64,000 bases of DNA from Antedon mediterranea (GCF_964355755.1 NC_092674.1:8432001-8496000), one strand, 5' to 3'; positions 13,198-27,093 are shown, counted from the stretch's first letter. Notes: generated from the sequence alone by a model not told the origin. A program made the numbers and translations.

Positions 13198-13534
13198 TAA
13201 ATTATCAAAAATGTTTTTTTACCAAACCGGAAACATAAGTCATTAGTTATCTATTAGGTTTACTAATTACAATATCATGTATTTATTATACTAAAAACTG
13301 TGTAGGCTAATGTCATTATATTAAAATACAATTTATCACTCAGCGCAATGGTCGGCGCCTAAAAATAATCAATGTGCTTATGGATGCGAATTATTGGCAA
13401 TGACGTCACTGATAATGACTTGGTTTATATAACACCGACATAAGTTTACAGAATGATAAATGACGCATAAAAAATAATTAAAAACATACAAAGAGAATTA
13501 GATTGTTTGTTTGAAGTATTTGACCGTCGCCATT

Positions 13535-13725
13535 TTGAAATTTGTTTGTTGGCTTGCCATAGTGAGAACAGATGACACATTTAAATTTAAATGACTATAT
13601 TCCGCCTTTTTTCGGTACGTCAATGATGATACAAGAATTAGATTATTTTGAAATTTGTTTGGTTGCGCGCCATGGTGAGAACAGACGACACAATTAAATT
13701 TAAATGACCGTACTCCGCCATTTTT
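13535..13725. repeat. Diverged direct repeat x2 (TTTGAAATTTGTTTG...AAATTTAAATGAC...TCCGCC)
   Basis: Two similar blocks about 113 bp apart. Confidence 0.75.
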
Positions 13726-14577
13726 CTTTGGTATACGCAATCCTCAATACGAAAAAGAAATACAAAGAAAAACATATGCATGAAGGCCTAATGCAATAGG
13801 TTGAGATAGTGGAAATAGCTATACGTCATCCAGCGTAATGCAAGGACGTAAACGTAATTTGGCCATCCATGCATGACGCGATGGCATGGATCATCCGAAC
13901 TGTCGCTCTTGATTGGTCAACTCACTTGCGTTGCTTCCCTACGTCCTAGCTTTATTGGATATTTATGGTTATATACTATGAATAAATCCAATCTAATGTA
14001 TAGTATTACTATAGAGAGGTTGATACTTTAAACAAATTCAACATTGTATTGAAAAACTCATACTTCTTAATGTACGTCATATATTGAGTACCCGATACAG
14101 ACCTAGATCTTGAAAGTTTAAAGTGTACCTCCTAAAATGTGACAAGTTTAGAAGTACAATACCAGACTTTGTTATTTTTTTCTCTCTTTCAATTCATGTC
14201 ATGTTACATTTATCTCTTATTTTTTAATAACGATTTATTCCGACGTTTGATTAAATATTGGATCACCTTCAGTATGAAATTGCGAATATTTCAAACACCT
14301 CAATGTTTCCAAGGATACATTAAATAGACACATGATGTTGCTATGGTAACATATACCATGTATGACGATCAAAGAACATGATATCAATACAAAATAGAGA
14401 ATGTCTGTAACTAAGTCGTCATCGGCGTGTCATAAAACATTATTATTATATACAGTTTAAAAAAAACTCTTTTAGTAAATAAGAATATTGAGCATCTTAA
14501 ATTCGTACAGGTTAGGATGGTACGCGCAATTGACACTGATCCGTCGCGTTGTTGCGTGTACGTCATTTGTGCTCTAA

Positions 14578-14789
14578 AGCGTGGTTCCCACTAGAACGCA
14601 ACGTAACGCAGTGACGTATCGACGCAAAGTGTTGTATTGCGTAATCACAAGTGGGAACCGACGGTGCACTAGTGCTGCAAACATCGTAGGTTTGATTTCA
14701 CGCAGGCGGGGGAAAACACAATTATTAGAAGGGCATTTTCTTACGTTGCGTAGATTGCGTTACGTTGCGTCGCTAGTGGGAACCACGCT
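14578..14789. mobile_element. MITE family A variant (TIR AGCGTGGTTCCCACTAG)
   Basis: Perfect 17-bp TIRs and TAA TSD. Followed by further degenerate copies at about 14800-14923 and 14952-15137. Confidence 0.8.
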
Positions 14790-14799
14790 TAATTATACC

Positions 14800-15137
14800 A
14801 AGCTAAAGAATGGGGACGCCACGCAACGCAAAGTGGTTTGACCAATCTTAAGTGATGGATTATTAACAGTCGCGTGGGATTGGTTTACGTTATTGCGTTG
14901 CGTCCTATAGTGGTAACGAAGCTTTAAAAATAGGGGCCCATCGTATGTATTAAGCGTAGCGACGTATTGCCGCAAAGTAATGTATTGCGTAATCACAAGT
15001 GGAAACCGACGACGCAACAGTGCTGCAAAAATCGCAGGTTTGATTTCACGCGGGCGGGGGCAAGCACAATTATTGGAAGGGCATTTTCTCACGTTGCGTA
15101 GGTTGCGTTACGTTGCGTCGCAAGTGGGAACAAAGCT
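14800..15137. mobile_element. Two additional truncated MITE family A copies
   Basis: 14952-15137 closely repeats the interior of 14578-14789; 14800-14923 ends in AGTGGTAACGAAGCT. Confidence 0.65.
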
Positions 15138-15852
15138 TTTGTTGTTTCTGCCCAGTAGCAGTAGCAATATGATCCAATAACCTTAATATTAATATGATCT
15201 AAAACAATATATAACCATAACACACTGTATACTCGCAATGGTGTCAAATCGTGGATGTCGTATGTTTATCTTATTTATATCAACGCTATCTAAATAACAA
15301 GATTGAACATTATTAACTTTATAGTTCATATTACAGCGTACCATATGCAATTTCATTCCACGTACTAGTAGTAGAGCAAGGATATAAGAAGAGATTCGGT
15401 AATGTCCGTGGATATTAAACCGTAAAGAGATGCGAGGACGCGATAAGCACAGATTAAAATACACCGCCTAATGCGACTACGACGTGGATTGATGTACTGT
15501 ATTACGTTAATGTTGTGCGCAGCGCGTTTATAATATTAAAGTTGACACGGATACGTACACTGCCCGAAGACTGCGGCCGGCACATTTTGTTGACTCACAA
15601 CTGCGTATTTGTATTTACTGGAAAGAGAGCCTTCTAAATGGGGTGAGGGGGTATTTCTCATGATGTTCCAAATACATGATTGTCGCCCATCCAAGGTGAA
15701 CACCACAATCTCCATGATACAATCTAATATCCTTGTAGGTTATATCTTAAATTCAATATCAACCTGTCGTTGTTGCTTGAGGTATATTTATAATAATATA
15801 ATAATAGGCCTATAATTATGGAACGCCATCGCTGCCTCCGGCAGCCAACTTC

Positions 15853-16030
15853 AATTCTATTCGGCCCTTTTACCATTACGTTTGGCTCTTTCAGTATTCA
15901 GCCCATTTCTATTCGGCCCATATACCATTTACGTTCGACTCTTTCAGCATTCGGCCCATTTACCATTCCGTTTGGCTCTTTTAGCATTCGGCACATTTCT
16001 ATTCAGCCCATTTACCATTACGTTCGGCAC
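15853..16030. repeat. Degenerate tandem array (ATTCGGCCCATTTACCATTACGTT-like units)
   Basis: Repeated ATTCGGCCC / TTTACCATT motifs. Confidence 0.85.
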
Positions 16031-16343
16031 CGATGGCCTTCCATATATAACCGGTAACATTTGATTGTGCATGATTAATATTCATAATTACGTTTTTATT
16101 AGATACAGTAAGGTCCTAAATGCACTGGTGCAATACTTTTAATAATACGTTTTCGACTTAAATCATTGGTTTGGCCAGACGGTGAAAGGTTTAGCTTGAC
16201 GATCAGTAAACGTTTTGCATTAAGTACTTTTGACGAACTTGGCTTGCCATATACTTTGTACTTTAGTACATATCTCACGTTTGAATCCAAGGTGCCGAGA
16301 AATCGATCTTTTTGAGCATTGACTTTTTTGCAATACAAGCGTA

Positions 16344-16458
16344 AGCTCTCAAACTTGATGTGACAAAAAATATAATGTGCCCATATATGAACATGATGAT
16401 GTCATATCACTACCATATTTGGGCACATCAAACCTAATTTGATAGTGTAGACAGAGCT
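16344..16458. mobile_element. Harbinger-type MITE family B (TIR AGCTCTGTCTACACTATCAAA)
   Basis: Ends TTTGATAGTGTAGACAGAGCT; interior GTCATATCACTACCATATTTGGGCACATCA; left TIR partly deleted. Confidence 0.65.
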
Positions 16459-16933
16459 TTAGTCATTCAACATACAAAAACTGCGATCAACGTAGTTCAG
16501 ATTTTCATTGTATTGTCCTCGGCACCATATTAGTATTTACCGCAACAGTAGCCTGTTGTCATTACATGTGTGTTATTTTCATTGATTTTAATCCGGCTGA
16601 ATATTTATAAAAAATATTGGCGTCATGGCGGAAAGTGCCTGGTGCGTTTGACTCACGTTCAGAATGTGTCTGTATTTCGCCTTTGTTCATATAAGCTTTC
16701 GTTCCATCAAAATAAGAAAATTCCACGCCGTGTTTTATCGATATCACAGCTACTTGCTTTCTCACAGCTTGTCTTCTCATTTCTGAAGAGACAGCCTAGA
16801 GATACGGTGAAAACCCCCGTTCGTAAAGTATGCTATCATAATGTTTTAGTCTTGTTGATAGGCCTACTTGGAACCGTTTAACCTTTGAGGTTTCAATTGT
16901 CCATGTTATGGTACTAGTTTTGTAGGAATATAC

Positions 16934-17010
16934 TATGGCAAGCTAAGTCTGTCAAAATTCGTCAATCCAGACCATTCAACAACAATGCATTCATCATCAA
17001 CCTTGCCATA
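16934..17010. mobile_element. Very small IS3EU-like MITE, second copy
   Basis: TATGGCAAG...CTTGCCATA termini; flanks ATATAC/CTATAC (5 of 6); shares AACAATGCATTCATCATCAACC with the 5643 copy. Confidence 0.65.
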
Positions 17011-17729
17011 CTATACTAGATATCTTTACGCTTTACTGTCGTTAGAGACATATTCAATTCTATATGCATTCTTTGTTGTGGGACTGAGTGTGTCACAATT
17101 GAATCTGTGTAGTTTTTTCAAATCATCAATTTAAAACATATTTTCTTTCGTCTTCCAACCGAGTCCTTTTAGACAAACCTAAATAACAATTGATATGTAT
17201 TTTATATTCAGCATAAAAGCTCAGAGCAAACGTTGATTCTCGATGCTATCACCGTGATATAGGCTATTTTATTTTAAATTAATAAGGCCAAACAATGTGT
17301 AGTTCATTAATTTTGGAGCCGCATGCCGTTTTTACTTTACTATTTAATTCGTTTAAACAAAAATGGTCGCACTCAGTCAAAACAACGGAAATAATGATTG
17401 CACTTCCGATCGAAATTTGCATGATTTTCGAGGGCTTTTTGAGGTGTGTAAACGCCGACTGAACTTTTAGGAAATCGTTTTGCAGTGATTTGTAGGCCCT
17501 ATGTATTGCAAATAGATTATCTATAAAGCTTCTTATCAGGGAAGAATAAGATTATTACTACTCATCAAAAATACAGTTTAAATCCCGACGGGGTTTTTTT
17601 TTTTCACCTAGGCCTATATTGAATGTTATCCTTTTGGCGTATGACTAATGTTTAGCAAGTTATATAGCTTGTTATTGTTCACACATAACGCTTACAACAC
17701 CTAAACAATGAGCTCTGTAAATTCTGATC

Positions 17730-18085
17730 TGATTATCCCGAGATTACTTTGTTAATTATTCGATACATCTGTATCATTCACATTCAAACCAGTTCAACAC
17801 CGTCTGAACGCACATTGTATGAAGTACGGATAGTACGTCATCACTGTATATTATGTATGGCACAGAGTCCGTGATATGATCCGAGATTACTTTTTTAAGT
17901 ATTCGATATATTTGTATCATGCACATTCAAACCAGTTCAACACCGTCTGAACGTACCTTGTATGTATGGGACAGAGTCCGTGATTATCCCGAGATTCATT
18001 TTTTAATTATCCGATATATCTGTATCATGCACATTCAAACCAGTTCAACACCGTCTGAACGCACCTTGTAGGAAGTACGGATACG
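17730..18085. repeat. Tandem repeat, ~115-145 bp x3
   Basis: CCGAGATT...CACATTCAAACCAGTTCAACACCGTCTGAACG occurs three times; dispersed fragment at about 19730-19815. Confidence 0.88.
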
Positions 18086-18445
18086 ATGTATGTGGACATT
18101 CAAACCATAGTGTCCAAGTTCAGACAATGGAATTTATACCCTTTTACTTCATTAAATAGAAATCAATCATTATTACTGGTAAAGAAATTATTATTGGACT
18201 ATCGTATACGATGTCTCAAAATGGATGGAATAACTACTAAGTCCATATCTACTCGTCGAGTTATAACTTATAGGCCGAGATATTCCTAATTAGGTACCGT
18301 AATATACATCCTAATAAATCGATTAGATTGGTAATGTTAAAGTATAAGCTAATGAAATACTGGAAAGATATGAAGAAAGATACAGTGATTTCTAAAATAA
18401 AAACAGATCGTGACGTCATAACGTGTGCAAACAGTTATCTTCTAA

Positions 18446-18543
18446 AGCTCTGTCTACACTATCATACTTTATGTGACAAAGAAAAGTGATGTGCCCCTAA
18501 TATACTACTATATTTGGACACATTTGATAGTGTAGACAGAGCT
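18446..18543. mobile_element. MITE family B
   Basis: AGCTCTGTCTACACTATCA...TGATAGTGTAGACAGAGCT, perfect 19-bp TIRs. Confidence 0.78.
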
Positions 18544-21197
18544 TTTAAGCTTACGTCTTAAAAGACATAATGACTGGCATTTACTCGGCTATCAACACAT
18601 ACTGGTACCTTTTAATAATACCGGTACCGTATTTACATCGACATTCAAAACGCAGCACGAAAAATGCTCGACATTTCAGCGCCAAGGCATTATACATTAT
18701 AATTTCAATACAACAATGTTATGAGGATTTACACAGTTTGTAGGCCTATAACATTATCTTTATCGACTTTTAAATGTATATCTCTCTCATTCGTTTTATA
18801 TGAAAGTGTCCCCTGAGTGTGAATATAGGGGTGTCGTCCCAAATGGTTAGATACTGTAATTACATTATGACTCCGGTAACTATATCACTTCAAATTTTTA
18901 CTCCATGTTCTCCAGGCGTTTTTATATTATTTATTATCATTACCGTACTCCGCCATTGGATGCGAAACATTTTGGTGTGATTATTTACTAGAAATAGTTA
19001 TTATTATTATTTAATAGAAATCCGTTTATAGAAATACTAGGAATAAATAATTACGACATAATAAGAATAATATAATCTGTTTACAGCCAAATTTTGGAAC
19101 CACCATTCGTTTTCCCACAAGAATTTAATTGATATTCGTATTTTCTCAATTATACGATACGTGTTCGATCGAATGGACTGTTTTGAACAGATAATCAGCA
19201 GAAACCTAAGCTCCTCAAGCCCACCGCTGTATTATAGATCACTGTGATTCGAACATAATAGTACGCCTAACTTTTACGTATTTTAAGTTTTGACCGGCTT
19301 GCTTCTTATAAATCTATCGCCGTAGCGTCCAAAAGGAACCCGTTTCCATATCGTTGTTATGATTCGAAAGGTAAATCTTTGTTTGGTTTCGACGAAGGTG
19401 CCCCAATAGAGGTTTTATTGTACTGTCGGAAAGGGAATACTAATCCATTGGGAAAAATTTTAAATAATTATTAAGTATGGAAAATTTAAATTTTACTGGG
19501 CCGTTGTTACCACGAAAATTGGTCATGGGCTCATACCACGAAAATTTGTCATTTTCACATTGTGGCGGGCATTGTGGTCAAAATAAAAAAATAACATATT
19601 ATGATTGCATTGTTGAAAACATGTAATTTCCGGGTGTCTTGGTTAATTATTTTGTTTATTATAATTTCTTCCTATTCCTTATAATAAGCATTTTAGGCCT
19701 ATTTCACATCGAACTTTAACATGGGTGTGACACCGTCTGAACGCACGTCCTTTATGAAGTACAGACACGTCATCACTATATTAAATTATGTATGGCACGT
19801 AGTACAGAGTCCGTGTACTCCGTACAACCTCAATGAAATGTTTAGACCTATATAGCATTATTATAAGAATTTATATTTAAGCTAGATTAAGGTTGTATTC
19901 ATCTTTTGTAATAACTGGCGCCCCGGATATTTCTGCACGTGTCGTACAATAAACGAAACGTTTTTGTCAATTGTTGTGAATCTGAAAAACATTGTTCATC
20001 AAAGGGCCTGCGGGTGAAATATGTGTTGTTGCTCTTGTGGCTGTCTAGGTATACATCTTTATAAATGCTATGAAATTTAATGCATAAATATACATGTCGG
20101 AACAATGGTATTAAACGAAAACACTCCATTTTGTAGATTCCATGCGTCTTTTTTCAAACATAAAAAAAGACTGCGGCCATTTATTCTACCGTCTATTTAC
20201 CACCGTGTCTTTCATTATTAGTACTATATACGGTACTCGTTGATCAATTGTAATTAAATGTAATAGGCCAATGTACAAGGAATTAATACGAAACACGCAC
20301 AAGATTTTGATAATCATATTTTATTAACACGTGACCCATTATGGTAATCTGTCCGTTCCATCCGTGAGCGTTTATATTGACATCATGGTGTTGTTCTTGT
20401 GAGAATATTTAACGTTACTGCCAGCGGCTCAGCTGTACCAAGTTAAATTTCTCACGATGGGTTCGTTAGTAATAACCATGTTATTGTGTATAGTGACAAT
20501 TATTTTTATCATGTCCATGTAATACGGTTAAACTTGGCGTATACATCTGACTAACTAATAATTCACAACCAAAAACAAAAGTAATATTTTACTAGCAAGA
20601 TTTGCAGGCCTTTTAGGGCGCGTTTATACATCACGCTATTACACGCATATTCAACACGCCTACGAGAAGTGTGTTGTATAACATCGAAGAGTTTCCGTGT
20701 AATGAGATTTTAATTGCAAAAAAGGCTACTTGGCTGAATCCTAAAATTGTGTGGATTTTGTTAGTTATTTACCCGTGTAAGTCTTTGACCACTCACCAAA
20801 GTGACCATAATACCAACTTAAACGGGTAAATGATTAACTTGAACGGGCTTGTCTGAATATTCGTGGCAACAATTAAAACATTTTTAGTGCAGATACATAA
20901 TGATGGAAACATTTTTCGTTCAATCAAGGACGAACATTAAAAGCGTTTGATGTAAAAACTGTAAACATTGTTTTTCTGCACGTTCATTGTTTTTCTTATT
21001 TGATGTAACGTGATATTAATATGCGGAAATAATGAAATGTGTACCGTCTTGTGCCGGAATCGGACCTGGAAATAAGTGTGGTCATGGTACTCAATGTCTT
21101 GGGAGGAGCTAAATGACGACGCGTTATGAACGATGAATGTATATAATAAATGTGTTGGCCGAAATAGGTTCCATAGGTTTGACGTAGACGTAGTTTA

Positions 21198-21376
21198 AGC
21201 GTGGTTCCCACTAGCGACGCAACACAAGGACGTAACGCAACGCAAGTGAATTGACCAATCACAAGCGATGGCTTATTCGCTTGTGATTGCTAACTGTCTA
21301 TAACTTCGCTTGTCATTGGTTAAAACGCTTGCGTTGCGTTTACGTCATTGCGTTAGGTTCTAGTGGGAACCAAGCT
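21198..21376. mobile_element. MITE family A, full-length copy
   Basis: TTA|AGCGTGGTTCCCACTAG...CTAGTGGGAACCAAGCT|TTA. Confidence 0.82.
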
Positions 21377-23454
21377 TTAGGCCGCATAATACGGGGCGCC
21401 GTTCTAATTGCCCCGTAGGATAAAAGCTATCTATAGGTTCACTTTTAGCCAGGAAACATTTCGTGAGTTCACACAGCTCCTGTCGAGGGTTTCATGTTTT
21501 AATACAAAAAATATTCCCGATTTCCGCTGTTGAATATTCCTTTAACCGTTGAATGGGAAGAAATAACTAACGTTACGTTAATACGAATTCAACCAACGAC
21601 AATATTTATATTTATAAACGATATATTTATGCGCGTACATGCAAATGTTGCATCGATGATTATTTTACCAGATTATAGAGTTGATTGATTATTATATTAT
21701 TATTAAACCAAAATAGAATAGTAGGCCTATTGCGTACGGTATAATAATATTTCCATTACGACCGAAGAATAACAAGTTTCTACATGAGTGATTTATAGTT
21801 CCTTGTTTTGATATGCTCTGTCGGCATTTCCAGTACAATTGCATTCTAGCCAATATAGCCTCCAGTATTGGTAATTTTCGGTTCGATAGTTCGAATTTTA
21901 CATGATTGAGTTTAACAGTGCGCAAATCGCACACGTCGCCTCACTACCCCATTATGTGTTCGTTTGATTTTATACTCTTTATGTGGGTTTTGTGTTTTTA
22001 ACCAAAAAAAATATTTTAAATACATTTCCTTTCTTCCCAGCGGTAGAGAAGCCAAATTCACAATAAATTCGTTTGTGGTTATGTAGGCCGAATGACGACC
22101 AAATCGGTATTTCGATTAGGATCGGCTCGAATCCAATATTTAAATCGGTAAAACTGTTCATTTTGGGAAACCGTTTCTCTCACAGATAACTATGACATTC
22201 TGTACCGGTTAATTATTACATGTTGTGACGCCTGTAATTTTATGAATTATGTAAAGATTAGACTTATTGCATAACATACAGGCGCCATATGTGATGCATG
22301 TGACACTGTAGTACAGCATTTACCAGTGATATTAAACAAAACAGAACCCAAAATTCGTCTCATTTTGGGACGCTATTTTTCAGAGTCTTGTTTTGTCATG
22401 GATACTTAAATTCACCATACAATAGTTAGGTCACGTCAGCATTCGCAGACTTTTGTACAATAAGCTATCACAAGCATCTCAATTGACTCTACATATAAAC
22501 GCCGTTTATAATTATAATAATTGCAGAGGCCTAGCCATTGTCGACCCAGATTAACCTACCGATTAATGTAGCCATTTTTAACCTACTTTACGAGCATCCT
22601 ATGAATTTAAAGGGCTGTAAAATGCAATGTATGCCATTTCTGGAGACATTTGACGAAAAATAAAATCTTCTGTGAATTTAACATGCGTGACGTGAGCGCG
22701 AAATTAAGATTCATGGATTCGTATTAACTGTTTATTTGCAATGTTGTTGCGAGTCGAGTACATCATTCCGGCTATTCCATACCATCATCGTATTTTATAT
22801 GAGTCATTTTATAAACGTGGCTAACATAGTTAATATTAAACGGCATGCGTTAAATATGAAATACTGGTGGTTTTTGTTCTTAAAGACGGTACTTAGCATT
22901 GAAGTAAATAAAAGTGCATTATAAAAACGTTACCACGGAAGCTCAGTGTGTGGACAATTTAACATCAAAGCCCCTTAAAAGCTTGGAAATGTCTTTGTCT
23001 TCGCTCGAATGCGGTCAATATGGCCTTTGCTGGGCCACGAAGCGTTACCCTGCCCATATTCTGCCCGAGGCACTGGGTGCTTTAAAACTGGCAATTATAT
23101 CAGTATAGGCCTAATGTACAGTGCTGTTTTATGTTTTGTTTTATGTGTAAACCGAATTCATCATTGATATGTTGTATGATACAAATATATATTTTAACTG
23201 ATCTCTGTCCTTCCCGACTTTGACGATTTCAGATCCCGTCCCCCGAGGCGGGTGTATTCGGTTAATAAATCCCCATGCCTTGATAAGTTAAGGTGTTTTA
23301 GACACGGAAAAGACACAAACTTTCCGGTTTTCCATATAATCGCATCGTACGTGTACCAGTCTTGGAGCTGTTGATATCAATTTTTATGTGATATTGCTAT
23401 ATAGGGAAGAGCGGTGACTGCTGTTTATAGGCCTAGTACGGTGCTGCAGTAATT

Positions 23455-23620
23455 GCATCCTTAGGCAAGATGCTTTACTCTCATTGCCTCGTCCTTCGGA
23501 TGGGATGTAAAGCCGTTGGTCCCGTGTACTTAACAACAGTGCACGTTAAAGAATTTGGTACAATATTCGAAAAGAGTAGGGGATCGTCTCCCGGTGTACT
23601 GATCTGGTAGGCACTGCACT
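23455..23620 (+). mobile_element. Deu(Nin)-domain SINE fragment preceded by a CORE-like segment
   Basis: GTCCTTCGGATGGGATGTAAAGCCGTTGGTCCCGTG...GCACGTTAAAGA...TTCGAAAAGAGTAGGGG...CCCGGTGT matches the recalled DeuSINE/AmnSINE1 central domain. Upstream TCCTTAGGCAAGATGCTTTACTCTCATTGCC is CORE-like. A reverse fragment lies near 43541-43580. Confidence 0.7.
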
Positions 23621-24332
23621 GCTGGCTGCCGTGGGTGCGTAGAGGGCCTAATCCGAATCTCCTCAGTTTCCAGTTAAGCTTGAGGACTAAGATAATTGCC
23701 TTTACCTTTTTACCATTACACCAGCCATTATCTATTTTTATGATGCTGCCTTTTAATGCTGTTATTATAGGCAAATTGTGCAATCACAATGTGGCGCATT
23801 GCATTATGTTGTGGTAAGGTTTGGCATTATAAAGGCTTCACATGTGATTCAATGAGACACTGTATCCCAGAAGCTGCCTTATGATACTATATTAATAGAG
23901 TTGAGTGCTGAAATCGAACGATTGTACACAGTCAAAACAAAGTATTGATGTCGTCATCGCATATCGAATATTGTTACAAGGGCGGAAGAAATGATACCAA
24001 CCATGGACCAACGGATTCCAAATGACGTAAAAAGGGTAGAATTATCGCAAACTGATCTCATTCTATTCAAATGGGATAATAGCGGTACCGGTAACCGATT
24101 GATTTTCACCCCATGGCAATACGATTTGTGACCTTTGACCACATTATATGTTAATCAAAATGGTACGCAAACACATCGCAGAGATCCAACGCCGCGCGGC
24201 AGTCAACAGCGTGCAGCGTTGATTAATATGTCTCCGTCAGCATTTACTGCGGTGCAATCTGATGATGGGAATGGGGTAGTTTAGTACTCCATTTGTTTAA
24301 TTGACTTAAAACTAAATTTAACTATACCCTTA

Positions 24333-26080
24333 CAGGCCCGTATCCAGGGGGGTGCGTTGGGTGCAGACGCACCCCCCCCCCCCCCCCAAGTCCCAAAAGG
24401 TCCACTATTTCCTCGGTTGGTATTTTTTCTTGTCTTGTTTAACTAAAGACAATATCATTATATATATACAAAATTTACATTATCAATGGTATACAAACAA
24501 AAATATGCTAATATAAAATGAAAAAATACCGGTAATTAAATTACGGAATCTGAACTGACTACAAACTCGATGTAAAACATGCGCAGTCGATCATGTGACG
24601 ACAAGCAATAGCTTAGCGCTTCATGTACGCGGTACGCGGTAAAGTGTTTGCTGGAGAAATACAGACAACTTAACGTCAGGGAACACGTGTACTTTTTGTC
24701 GGGGAATATAATATACAGTAAAAAGCGTTCGCGTTCACTTCGTAGCTAGCTTCAGCGCCTAGAAAACCGCGACGTTTCATTGACCGTGAGAGTACGTCAG
24801 AGTGATATTATGCACTTTATATGCATTCATTATTGCCAGCGATCTAACTTACTACTAAACAATAGCTAGGTACGCACTTGTCTGGCGGTATCCCTTTGTA
24901 CGAATCGTTCAACGTTGGGTCGAGACGCGTGATATCAAGTTTCATCCAGGGACCAAAATGTGTAATGTGTTATTTTCCAGACGAAGTTTACCGACGGTTA
25001 CGTCGTGTACTGCGTCGACGTACGCTACACTACAGCAAAAACGAATTATGTTAATTGTTCGTTTGTTCACCAATTTTTTAATTTACAAGTAACCTTCTGT
25101 ACCGTGGGGCACCTAAAATAAATTTTTCATCCATTACTAAACAAAAAAACATGCCATTTTCGCTTAGCCAACATTATAGCTATAGTTATTACATTTTCAA
25201 TATCCTGTATGTCATGAATTTCTCACCACTCGGAAGTCCAGATGGTACGCATGCATACACCTGGGAGGAATAAATTTTTTTCCCCGACTGAAAAAGGTCT
25301 ACGCTTGCGTTTTTTAAGCCTCTAGGCCTGATGTTTCCAAAGTATAAAATGCAATTTTTTGAAGACCTGCAGCTCTAGTTTTAAACATTTTCTTAGCTCA
25401 GCCCCAACAATAAAGCTGGTCATATTTCGAAGAACAAGAAGTACATTTTCCGGGACCTAACATCTCTATTTTTCAAACATTTCTTAGCTCAGTCACAACC
25501 CATGATAGGGACTTATATATTTTTTTTCATGTTTTGAAGTATAAATAAGTCTAATTTCCAGGACCTCCAACTCTATTTTTCAAAATTTTCTTTGAACTTT
25601 TATTTTTTAACTTGAAAAATATGGATTGAAACCGTCATCGCGCATCGTTTTTTTGCACGCAGTATTTTATTTATGCATTATAAAAAATGGAAAAAATGGC
25701 TACCCTAAATCTGATTAAAAAGACCTCAAATGACGCTAGAACGCGTTGCTTCCGGGGGCCTTGGCGGCCCCTGGCCCTCAGCCTAGTGATGCTCGCTTCG
25801 CTCGCATAGCCCCCTCGTCGGGGAATGTAGCCCCCGCGTCGGGAAGATCCTGGCGCCACCCCTGCTGAGTTGGCCTCATCATGAAAGCGTTAAGTTCTGG
25901 TGTCCATCGTTCAACTAGCCCAAGCCACAACAGAGAGTCTTACATCAGTCTTTAGAACGTCAAATAACGCAAATTTTTCCCCTGGACCCTCACCGGGGGC
26001 CCTTGGCGGCCCCCTGGCCCCCAGCCATTGTTGCTCGCTTCGCTCGCACCCCCCCATTATAAATGCTGCATACGGGCCTG
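24333..26080. mobile_element. 1.75-kb non-autonomous hAT-like DNA transposon with a 6-bp TSD
   Basis: TIRs CAGGCCCGTATCCAG / CTGCATACGGGCCTG (14 of 15). CCCTTA duplicated at 24327-24332 and 26081-26086. GC-rich subterminal regions with poly-C/G tracts; no transposase ORF. Confidence 0.8.
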
Positions 26081-26789
26081 CCCTTAATCTTCCCAAATAG
26101 GAACCATAAGGACCAACAGCGCGGCAACGTGTAAGAACGCAATAGAATAAATGCGGTGAAGCGGGCAGCAACGAATCTCAGAAAATGTCGGCCTACGGTA
26201 TTTTGAATAATTTCATGCGCGTGCGAACCAACACGTTTGTGAATATCACGGATGTTTGTATCTTTGAATGCACGTAGTCAGTTAGTTATTGCCGTGAATG
26301 TGCCTAGCAATTATTGCGATTAATCAAACGGTTTAGACAAACGTCGTACGTAGGAACATTAGATTGCATATCATGACGAGATAATTAATGTTTAGTAGCA
26401 GATGGCCATGGTTTTGTATTTATTTGCTTTTGTCGCGCGCGTAACTTTTGTCTTAAATTATATAAGCAAGGCCCGTGATTCGGAATCGCTTTAGCGGCAA
26501 ACTAAATTTAGACCCGCGGCCAGGGTAAGATGTTTATCCGATAGCCTAAGTTGGTTTCAAAGTTATCGCTAAAACCGGTGGGTAAGAATCGATTTACCCG
26601 GGTAAATACAGTGACTAAAGTACCCACAGAGGATACGAGTTACTGGGATATAATAATAATAATTACTGTACTTAAATCATAAACGCCAAACAATCTAAAA
26701 ATAACACAATAGTATTAATATAATATGCGGAAATAGTATGCAAGGCATATAGGATTACTGTAGGCCTTATATTATTTATCTGTAACATA

Positions 26790-27093
26790 GTATATCGGGT
26801 AAGAATGTTGTTGCAAAGGCCTCGACATTGTAGTGCCAGCCTTATGTTTACGGAATGTAGAATTCCTTCTTTTTATGAATTGTTAAGAAAATCGATATAT
26901 GGCCTGATGTGTAGACTGAATTCAAGTGAAAATGTTTTAGTCTCAACGAATTATAGGCAACGTCTTATAAGTCAAAGAATGCTAAGAATCCTAAGATGAG
27001 GTAATAGGCCTAGTAATTAGTACAGTCTTGTTTATTTTTAATTCATTTATATGTAATTTTATTTTCTGGACCAGATATTCCGAAATAAAAGAT
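26790..27093 (+). mobile_element. 5'-truncated non-LTR retrotransposon 3' end (RTE-X-like ORF2 C-terminus plus 3' UTR)
   Basis: ORF 26805-26999 LLQRPRHCSASLMF...LLRKSIYGLMCRLNSSEN resembles a recalled LINE ORF2 tail. The 3' end GGACCAGATATTCCGAAATAAAAGA recurs in reverse at about 2950-2995 with a (GAAT)n tail. Confidence 0.55.
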
